Shown here: positions 1 to 6,768 of the stretch, in pieces | Layout of the letters: each line of letters opens with the position of its first letter | Position numbering within the stretch: position 1 is the first letter of the stretch | Source: a virus | Lineage: Duplodnaviria; Caudoviricetes | Reading direction: 5' to 3' (one strand) | Virus record (IMG/VR): IMGVR_UViG_3300006734_000027 | Location: 1-29,469 of that record | Length of the DNA stretch: 29,469 bases | Made by a program: the position numbers and the translations under genes | Notes under the pieces: generated by a model | The model's input: only the letters and a program-made list of their open reading frames with translations | Told to the model about the DNA's origin: nothing | Databases searched by the model: none

Positions 1-141
1 ATTGGATTGAAAACAGCCCGAGAGATTAAAGATCTTCAGATGTCCTTATCGGGTGAAAGGTTCAACAATCTCGAACAACTGCGACAGATCCGTAGGGTTG
101 ACTGGGACGCCGTGATTGCTGCTAATTTAATCAGGGTTTGA
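1..141 (+). CDS. Partial (3' end) helix-hairpin-helix protein, ComEA/PsbU-like fold
   Basis: Frame 1 is open from the window edge: IGLKTAREIKDLQMSLSGERFNNLEQLRQIRRVDWDAVIAANLIRV*. The (G)IGxKTA..I and F..LEQL..I patterns are typical of HhH domains. Followed by a terminator. Confidence 0.65.
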   Translation: MGLKTAREIKDLQMSLSGERFNNLEQLRQIRRVDWDAVIAANLIRV

Positions 142-160
142 TTACACTCTTCTCCTTACC

Positions 161-186
161 AAGCCCCTGGGAAACCGGGGGTTTTT
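161..186 (+). terminator. Rho-independent terminator
   Basis: GCCCCTGG-GAAA-CCGGGGGT stem with a GNRA loop, followed by a T-run. Confidence 0.8.
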
Positions 187-212
187 CAGTCTTACAATAA
201 AAAGAAAAAGAT

Positions 213-890
213 ATGACTATAGGACCTGCGCTATATTTAGGACGTGTTGGTTCCACTGGCACTTCCACGGCCCCACATGCGCATTGGGAAGTATTGAAGA
301 ATGGAAAGCGATTTCCTCTTTCCAAGGCACGTACTGATATTGGACAATACCTTCAATTCCGACTCCCTGGCAGTGAAGACTGGCAAGCTTTGTACTCAAA
401 GCAAGCTGACAATTTTGTTTTAAATCCAGCAGCAACACTTACAAGTCCCATGGGCATGCGCGTGCATCCTGTCCATGGTGACCGAAGGATGCATGGTGGA
501 GAAGACTATGGCTTGCCAGAAGGAACTCAACTGCGTTTCTTGGGACAAGGATCTGTTGCAACCCATGCCAATCGTGGTGGTGCAGGTAACGTTTCTAGTT
601 TGCGCACTGGCCCATATGAATTACAAACATTTCATTTAAGTGAATTACCGGGTTCTTCAACAACACGTGGTAAAAATTTTGGGGATGCGTCCACAGTCCC
701 TTCTGGCTCTAGCGTCGATCCAGAGGAGTTTTTATTGGGTTATTTACTTGGTACTGGCTTTACCGGTAAACCAAAAGAAAGTGCAGCCACTAAAATGAAA
801 CGTAACTTAATCGGTCAACTTCTTCAGCCATCAACTCAGCAAAATCCCCTGGATCTGCTGATGAGTCAGCCCAATCCATATCTTGGTTAG
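213..890 (+). CDS. M23-family metallopeptidase, circularly permuted
   Basis: GRVGSTGTSTAPHAHWEV (HxH motif) at the N-terminus; TSPMGMRVHPVHG..RMHGGED (HxxxD) and GAGN...FHLS further downstream. Confidence 0.85.
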   Translation: MTIGPALYLGRVGSTGTSTAPHAHWEVLKNGKRFPLSKARTDIGQYLQFRLPGSEDWQALYSKQADNFVLNPAATLTSPMGMRVHPVHGDRRMHGGEDYGLPEGTQLRFLGQGSVATHANRGGAGNVSSLRTGPYELQTFHLSELPGSSTTRGKNFGDASTVPSGSSVDPEEFLLGYLLGTGFTGKPKESAATKMKRNLIGQLLQPSTQQNPLDLLMSQPNPYLG

Positions 891-929
891 TTCAGTACAT
901 TTATAATGAGAAACATACGGAAGTAGGTT

Positions 930-1391
930 GTGCAACTCAGCGACTTCGATAAGAGTAGGGTCCGTTATCATCTGGGCTACTTCACGGTTTCTGTGCCGGC
1001 GGGTGACTTCGCGCGGCTTGAAGAAGCTATGAACACGGTCCCTGATTCGTACTTCTACGACAAGATCGTTATTCAGATCGGTCGCTGCGACACTGCCGAA
1101 AAGAAGACTGAAGTTGCTACTTCACCTTCTACCCGCCTTGAAAGCATTGCTGGTGACGTGGATCGTACGATCCGATCCAGCAATGCCAAAGAGGCACTCA
1201 AGGTTTGGGACGAGATTTATCTCTATGAAACCAACCGTTTAGCTAACATCCTTTACGTTCCCAACTACAAGGATCCGTTTCAAGCCAGATACCGTTACGA
1301 ACGTTCTGGTGCTGAGTTTATCCAGAGTCTTCCAGGACCTGCCGACGTTTCAGTGGGTACACGTCTGTACCTACACGAGCTTTGGCGCTAG
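930..1391 (+). CDS. Hypothetical phage protein, possibly virion-associated; target of an HNH insertion at its 3' end
   Basis: 153-aa ORF with a GTG start, TATAAT at 902-907; its last 12 residues recur in diverged form at 1950-1988. Confidence 0.8.
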   Translation: MQLSDFDKSRVRYHLGYFTVSVPAGDFARLEEAMNTVPDSYFYDKIVIQIGRCDTAEKKTEVATSPSTRLESIAGDVDRTIRSSNAKEALKVWDEIYLYETNRLANILYVPNYKDPFQARYRYERSGAEFIQSLPGPADVSVGTRLYLHELWR

Positions 1392-1946
1392 TATACAGTT
1401 GCTTTTTGCTGCTGGCATCATGGTTTCCCAATGGGATCCACTACCTTCTTTCGAAGAGCTAGATGCATATTACAAGTATGACCCAGAAACAGGGATTGTA
1501 ACACTCAAAAGGATGCGCTGCAATTCAGACGCCAAACGAGTAGGGAAGCCTGTCGGGAATTTAAGGAAACGCAATAAGCGTTTAGTGTGGACAATAACGC
1601 ATAAATACAAAGATCTATACTTAAGTCGTGTCATTTGGGTTTTGATGACACGAGAAGATCCCGGTGAGTTTATTGTTGAGTATAAAAACAGAAATGCTCA
1701 AGACAATACCTGGAACAATTTAAGACTTGCGACACGTCCACAGAATGCGGTTAATCAAATATTTGCAGGTTATTCACAAAGAAAAGACACAGGATTATAT
1801 AGAGTTAGGGTAACGCTTGAAGGTAAACGAATTACGGTTGGAAATTTTAAAACAGAAGAAGAAGCTAAAAAAGCAGCCTTGAATGCCAAAAAGCTCTTTT
1901 ACGGAGAGTTTGCGTGTCTTGATTTAGAATGTTCTTAATCAGGGAA
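1347..1946 (+). mobile_element. Free-standing homing endonuclease cassette 1: replacement 3' end of the upstream gene plus HNH-AP2 gene (boundaries approximate)
   Basis: Upstream gene ends SVGTRLYLHELWR*; after the HNH stop the sequence reads AVGSRLYLHEVWR*; the cassette is visibly AT-richer than its flanks. Confidence 0.75.
1420..1938 (+). CDS. HNH homing endonuclease with a C-terminal AP2-like DNA-binding domain, possibly inactive
   Basis: YDPETG N-terminal motif, VEYKNRNAQDNTWNNLRLAT..QN HNH-like core, YRVRVTLEGKRITVGNFKTEEEA...YGEFA AP2-like tail; ATG at 1420 preferred to the CTG at 1309. Confidence 0.85.
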   Translation: MVSQWDPLPSFEELDAYYKYDPETGIVTLKRMRCNSDAKRVGKPVGNLRKRNKRLVWTITHKYKDLYLSRVIWVLMTREDPGEFIVEYKNRNAQDNTWNNLRLATRPQNAVNQIFAGYSQRKDTGLYRVRVTLEGKRITVGNFKTEEEAKKAALNAKKLFYGEFACLDLECS

Positions 1947-1988
1947 GCCGTTGGTTCTCGTCTTTATTTGCATGAGGTTTGGAGGTAA
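1947..1988 (+). pseudogene. Displaced original 3' end of gene 930..1391
   Basis: gcc gtt ggt tct cgt ctt tat ttg cat gag gtt tgg agg taa = AVGSRLYLHEVWR*; 10 of the last 12 residues match the expressed C-terminus. Confidence 0.85.
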
Positions 1989-1990
1989 TT

Positions 1991-2761
1991 ATGGCCCCAG
2001 GTAATCCTTTTGGTAATCGTATTACCAATGAAATTATGTACATGGCAAACGTCCTTGGACAAGGGCGTATTCCTTACATTGCTCCCAACTCAACATTAAA
2101 ACCCAAGCCTAGGCAAGCTCCTTTCACCTCCCTGAGTAGTGATCAGCTTCCTGCAGGTGCTTATATGACCGAAGCTGGCAGGACATATGGAATCGATTCT
2201 GAACAGGTTGGTCGCTTGGGCGGCTACATGGACGAACGAGGCCGCATTTTTCTCCCTGCCAATAATCAAGTGAGGCCATCAAGCTGGGGTGCCTCTTCCT
2301 TTGGTCGTACTCAGCCCCCTGCAGCCGAACGTGCATATCAGGCCGAAAAGTCTCGTGTAGCGCAGATTACTGCACAAGATCCTGAACTTCAGCGTTACGA
2401 AGCAGCACGTAAGATTGCTGCTGCACCTGGCGCTACGCCAGAACAAGTTCAGTCTGCAGAAGATATTGGTATGCAGATGTGGGCTAAAGCCAATCCCCAA
2501 CTTGCCGCTAAAGTACGCCCTGGTCAATTTGGGTACGATGCTATTCAGGGCTCTTTAGCTGGTCAAGCAGCTTCTCAGGGTTATGGTTATCGGATGCCTC
2601 AGCAAATGTTGATGACACCTCCTCCAGGTGTTAACGCACCTCAAGGCCTTCCGGGCGTCAGTTCCTTTGGTGCAACTTCCACCTACGGCCAACAAGGTCT
2701 GCAGATTGATCCAGAGATGGAAAAGAAATTTCAGGCTCTTCTTAACCAAGCACAGAAGTAA
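1991..2761 (+). CDS. Hypothetical Q/A/G-rich protein, candidate internal virion protein
   Basis: Long ORF; GGAGG at 1981-1985 precedes the ATG at 1991; lies between two hydrolase genes. Confidence 0.7.
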   Translation: MAPGNPFGNRITNEIMYMANVLGQGRIPYIAPNSTLKPKPRQAPFTSLSSDQLPAGAYMTEAGRTYGIDSEQVGRLGGYMDERGRIFLPANNQVRPSSWGASSFGRTQPPAAERAYQAEKSRVAQITAQDPELQRYEAARKIAAAPGATPEQVQSAEDIGMQMWAKANPQLAAKVRPGQFGYDAIQGSLAGQAASQGYGYRMPQQMLMTPPPGVNAPQGLPGVSSFGATSTYGQQGLQIDPEMEKKFQALLNQAQK

Positions 2762-2847
2762 TATCCTTGGCGGCGCATAGCGCGTAAGTCCAACCTGCTG
2801 GACGCGAATCAATGATTCATGGAGGCCAGTGTTGTTGCTTTAGAACC

Positions 2848-2964
2848 ATGATCCTTTGTCCCAATTTTGTTAAACGTCTGACGACCAAGCTTGGTATTAT
2901 CTTTGCACTGCAAGCTGTTTTTATTCCTGGTCTCAAGGCAAGTTCAAATTGGGTAGGAGCATAA
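2848..2964 (+). CDS. 38-aa hydrophobic, signal-peptide-like small protein
   Basis: MILCPNFVKRLTTKLGIIFALQAVFIPGLKASSNWVGA*; fills the gap up to the lysozyme start; not in the ORF track. Confidence 0.55.
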   Translation: MILCPNFVKRLTTKLGIIFALQAVFIPGLKASSNWVGA

Positions 2965-2968
2965 ACCC

Positions 2969-3667
2969 ATGGCAGATCGTTCCTTCTACGAAAAGTTTAG
3001 GCAGACCCCCGAAGCACAGGGTTTGCTTCGTATGCTGCGCTTTGCAGAAGGAACAGAACGCGGTGGGCCGGACTCGTATCGCGTCATGTTTGGTGGTTCG
3101 TTAGCACCAGACCTGAAGCAACATCCGGACAAGGTAATGAAAGGGAGAAGCACTGCAGCAGGTGCTTATCAATTCCTGACGCGAACTTGGCAGCAACAAC
3201 AGAAGAAACTTGGCTTAGGTTCTTTTGGCCCGGTTGAGCAGGATATTGCTGCGCTCGATCTTGCTCGTCAGCGAACCATGGGATTGGGCGGCCTTTCTTA
3301 TCTGCAAAAGAAAGGGCTAACACCTGAATTTGTCGCTGCTTTAGCACCCGAATGGGCATCTTTACCTACGCGGGAAGGTAAAAGTTATTACGGACAACCT
3401 GTCAAAAGTTATTCAGATCTTCAGAAAACGTACCAACAGGGCATGCAGCCTTTATCAGGCGATCAAGCTCAGGGTGCAGCAAAAGAACAAGACATGTCTT
3501 CTTCTGGTTTGTTCCAGGGTTTTATGTCAGCTGTCCTTAGTGCTCAACAAAAACAGCCGACGACAAAAGATCTGTTGAAACAAGAACTTATGTCGCAATT
3601 GCTGCAACCGCCCACAGCTTCCATTGATCCTTTTCAATTGCTTCTCAACAACAACCCCTACGGTTAA
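2969..3667 (+). CDS. Lambda-type lysozyme / transglycosylase (GH104-like)
   Basis: LRFAEGT, YRVMFGG, STAAGAYQFL..TW, F.P.EQD, EWASLP, YYGQ motifs; AGGAG RBS. Confidence 0.9.
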   Translation: MADRSFYEKFRQTPEAQGLLRMLRFAEGTERGGPDSYRVMFGGSLAPDLKQHPDKVMKGRSTAAGAYQFLTRTWQQQQKKLGLGSFGPVEQDIAALDLARQRTMGLGGLSYLQKKGLTPEFVAALAPEWASLPTREGKSYYGQPVKSYSDLQKTYQQGMQPLSGDQAQGAAKEQDMSSSGLFQGFMSAVLSAQQKQPTTKDLLKQELMSQLLQPPTASIDPFQLLLNNNPYG

Positions 3668-3709
3668 AATACGTTAGAATTAACGAATCAGTAAAAGTGC
3701 AGTAGAACA

Positions 3710-4489
3710 TTGAGCTCGACAGCCACAAACAAGCAACCCTTGCTGATTGACCGTCCGTTATTCGATTCGGTTCGGGTCACGACCCAAACGGTTGGTAGCT
3801 CTACTGCCAATACTCTTTTTGTTCAGGGCGGCCAGGCTCCATCGATCCTTGTCGACATGGACGCTGCTCTACAAGAAGACAACAACAACGGCGGTGTCGT
3901 TGATTCAATCACGATCACGCGAAACGATTTCTATCGAAACGCTGATTACACAGTTAACACCACAACCTCTGGAACAGTAATCTCGCTTGTCAGTGGCCAG
4001 GTTGTTTTCATTGCGGAAACCGGTGTTGTTGGAACTGCCCCCGCCAGTGGTTACGGTTATTACACCTATACCGGTGCAACAACTCTTACTGGGGTTAATA
4101 CTGCGCTTGTGTACTCAGGTGGCACTGCTTCTGGTTTTGATTACAACGGTGTCACCTATGGTTACCAGCCAGAAGTGACCTTTGTGTTCTACCAGACGCG
4201 TGGAACAACTGTGCCTGTGCCTGCATCAGGTGATTACCGTATTCTGTTTGCCAAAACGGTTCCGGCGAGTAGTGGTACTGTCGACTGCTCTGACGTGATG
4301 CCACAGTTGGCTGCTCCTGTCGTAGCTGCTGGTAACACCAATGGCTTAGGTACCACGGCACCTCTTCGCAACAAGGGCATCTACCTCGAGCGTGGTGACC
4401 GTATTTACGTTGGTGTGTTTCCAGATGGTCCCAACATTTCTGGCTACACACCAGGTGCTCACGTGTACGCACAAGGCGGATTCTTCTGA
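3710..4489 (+). CDS. Putative virion structural protein (T/G/V-rich, beta-rich)
   Basis: 259-aa ORF, TTG start, TAGAAT at 3675-3680, composition typical of tail or baseplate proteins. Confidence 0.65.
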   Translation: MSSTATNKQPLLIDRPLFDSVRVTTQTVGSSTANTLFVQGGQAPSILVDMDAALQEDNNNGGVVDSITITRNDFYRNADYTVNTTTSGTVISLVSGQVVFIAETGVVGTAPASGYGYYTYTGATTLTGVNTALVYSGGTASGFDYNGVTYGYQPEVTFVFYQTRGTTVPVPASGDYRILFAKTVPASSGTVDCSDVMPQLAAPVVAAGNTNGLGTTAPLRNKGIYLERGDRIYVGVFPDGPNISGYTPGAHVYAQGGFF

Positions 4490-4491
4490 TC

Positions 4492-6021
4492 ATGGCCAGA
4501 AAGAGTGGAAGCTCTTTTGGTAATTTCAACCAGTCACCCGTAGCTGCTCCAGCGGGCGTTCGTCCGATCACAACCGAGTTCTCCCGTGGCTCAGTACCTG
4601 ATTCGATTTACGCTGTCAACAGGGAGTCAGCCTGGACGCGTTGGAGACGTGGTTACGAGCTAGCCACTGCCACGTTCTACGACAACAGCTACGAGTACCC
4701 CTTCCAGTATCAGATTCCTGTTCCATCGGGAACGCCAAGTTCTGTCGCTAATCCTGCTCCCATCATCTCCGGTACCTTTGTCGGGTTCCCGACTAAGAAC
4801 AAAGAGATGGGCATGCACTGGGCTGGCTGGCGTTATGCCGGCTCTATGCGCAGTGATAGGCTTACGGATCCGGTTACTTCTGACAAGCTATACATCGAAT
4901 CAATCACAGAGGATGAGACGAACTGGTACGTAAAACTCGCAGGTAACTGGAGTCCAAGCAACCCCTTACCACCACCTTTTTATGTTGCGATACCAGGTGT
5001 TCCCGGTGGATTGACTCCATTAAACAGTGAGTTGATCGAGGATCGGGTCATCAGCCCAGGTGGACCAATCATTGATCGAGATACGATTGACCCCCAAACG
5101 CAAAAACGATACGGTTACGTCCAAGCTGTACTGACAGCCACCGACCCATTTACGGGTGTTCTTACATTACGTAAGTCAGGCTCAGTGCAAGTCACTCCAG
5201 ATAAAGAGTTCTTGACACCGTCGCCCGTAGCATTTACCGTTGGCCGTTATATCATCACTGGTGCGAGGTTCTGTTGTTCTTGCCAGGACTTTACGCGACG
5301 TGATTTTGCGTTCATGCGTGATCTTGGGAAGAGTAATAAACGCCTGTTCCCACGAAGCGGTGTCTCCAACGTCAAGCCAGGACGTTTTGAACTAACCAAG
5401 CGTAATGGCGTGCTTGACAACAGTGCGATGACACCTGGAACGGTGAACAGGATGATGGAGGTCTATGCACCATCTGGTTACCAGCTGCCTTTTGATGTAG
5501 CGGACAGTGTTGTTGATAACAAAGCAACAAGAGACAACCCTGGCATCTACACCGATTTTGGTGCCACCTATACCAGGAATACATCAAACCCTGGCATTGA
5601 AGGCTCCAGGGCTGAAGGCATGCCTGGCTTTAATGACTACTCAAGTGATCAAGGCACAATTACGGCATTGACAGATAACTGGGAACCATTGCTTGATGAG
5701 TTGAGATATTGCAAGCACATCTATGCACTTAAGTTTGCGGATAACACCTTCCCGCCAGAACCATCTGATTTTCCTGTTGGTAGAGATAATATGACAGATT
5801 GGGAGCAACGCCTGGTCGAACAAACAGAAAAAGAACAGGAGTCAATCAAATCTTCTATCTTGAATCGCTTTTCGTTGGCTCAGATGGATGTACCACCGTA
5901 CAACTGTCAGTCCGTCATGATGATGCCCATGATGCAAAAGCTGTTTAATGTGCCAACAGATTTCATCGTCATGCAAGGCTTCACCATGTTTGATAAAGAC
6001 GGCAAGCCCTACAAGCCATAA
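4492..6021 (+). CDS. Hypothetical protein with a split SWIM-like zinc finger
   Basis: CCSCQDF at about 5272-5292 and YCKHIYAL at about 5707-5730. Confidence 0.7.
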   Translation: MARKSGSSFGNFNQSPVAAPAGVRPITTEFSRGSVPDSIYAVNRESAWTRWRRGYELATATFYDNSYEYPFQYQIPVPSGTPSSVANPAPIISGTFVGFPTKNKEMGMHWAGWRYAGSMRSDRLTDPVTSDKLYIESITEDETNWYVKLAGNWSPSNPLPPPFYVAIPGVPGGLTPLNSELIEDRVISPGGPIIDRDTIDPQTQKRYGYVQAVLTATDPFTGVLTLRKSGSVQVTPDKEFLTPSPVAFTVGRYIITGARFCCSCQDFTRRDFAFMRDLGKSNKRLFPRSGVSNVKPGRFELTKRNGVLDNSAMTPGTVNRMMEVYAPSGYQLPFDVADSVVDNKATRDNPGIYTDFGATYTRNTSNPGIEGSRAEGMPGFNDYSSDQGTITALTDNWEPLLDELRYCKHIYALKFADNTFPPEPSDFPVGRDNMTDWEQRLVEQTEKEQESIKSSILNRFSLAQMDVPPYNCQSVMMMPMMQKLFNVPTDFIVMQGFTMFDKDGKPYKP

Positions 6022-6050
6022 AAAAGCAGCCCTCGCGCAAGAGCTGCTTC
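6019..6050 (-). terminator. Rho-independent terminator between convergent genes
   Basis: AAGCAGC...GCTGCTT stem; on the minus strand it is followed by TTTTTT. Confidence 0.7.
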
Positions 6051-6075
6051 TCCCTCGTCCGTAGAGGCCGCCCCC

Positions 6076-6294
6076 TCAGGCAGCCATAGGCATCATACCA
6101 GCTTTCATAAGCGTTTTCCGTACTGCTGCTACGTTCCAACGGTAGCTATCCCTGGAGCGCGTCTCAGCAAAGGCTGCGTAGTGAGGCCCAAGCTTTAGGG
6201 TCCCGTCATCGCGGTACTTGAAGAGTGTCTTCTTGTCAATTCCCAGAAGTTCTTCGAGTTTCTGGGCAGAGACCCAGCCGGGGTGTTTGGCCAT
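6076..6294 (-). CDS. Small HTH DNA-binding protein (excisionase/MerR-like)
   Basis: WVSAQKLEELLGIDKKTLFKYRDDG.LK.G.HY...YRWN pattern. Confidence 0.75.
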   Translation of the reverse strand: MAKHPGWVSAQKLEELLGIDKKTLFKYRDDGTLKLGPHYAAFAETRSRDSYRWNVAAVRKTLMKAGMMPMAA

Positions 6295-6429
6295 GGAGCT
6301 GGCAGTAGCTACTTATACACCGTACACAAAAGAAATCATCTGTCAAGATTTGTCAGGATATCTTTATCTCTTTAGTTTGTCCGGTAACTGTTTGGAGAAT
6401 TTAGAATGAATTAACGGCAATTGAAAAGC

Positions 6430-6768
6430 ATGTTTTGCAACGAGCACGAGCCCCTCGCCCTGCTAGTTGAATTAACACCAAAACTTGCCAAGAAACGTTT
6501 TAGAGAGAGTATATACCAAGCCTGGGACCACAAGTGTGGCTATTGCGGAGATGTCGCCACAAGTCTTGATCACATCGTACCAAGGTTTAAATCTGGTTCT
6601 TCTAATCGGCATAATCTTCTTCCCTGTTGCAGGCGCTGTAACGCCCATAAAGGATCAGAGGATATGAGGACCTGGTTTGAAAAACAAGATTTCTTTTCTA
6701 CCAAAACTCTTGATAGGATTGAAGCCTGGATCAAACAAGAGTCTGTTTTTATTTTTGGTGAGTGCTGA
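6430..6768 (+). CDS. HNH endonuclease (McrA/HNH_5-like)
   Basis: CGYCG...SLDHIVPRFKSGSS..HNLLPCCRRCNAHKG; ATG at 6430; its stop overlaps the next start (TGATG). Confidence 0.9.
   Translation: MFCNEHEPLALLVELTPKLAKKRFRESIYQAWDHKCGYCGDVATSLDHIVPRFKSGSSNRHNLLPCCRRCNAHKGSEDMRTWFEKQDFFSTKTLDRIEAWIKQESVFIFGEC

Noticed and set aside
1309-1419. N-terminal extension of the HNH-AP2 ORF in the track
   Set aside because: It overlaps the upstream gene; the family-typical sequence starts after the ATG at 1420.
6430-6768. McrA-like HNH as another tail-replacement cassette
   Set aside because: No duplicated gene end is visible; it has its own upstream region and is coupled to the large gene, so it looks resident.
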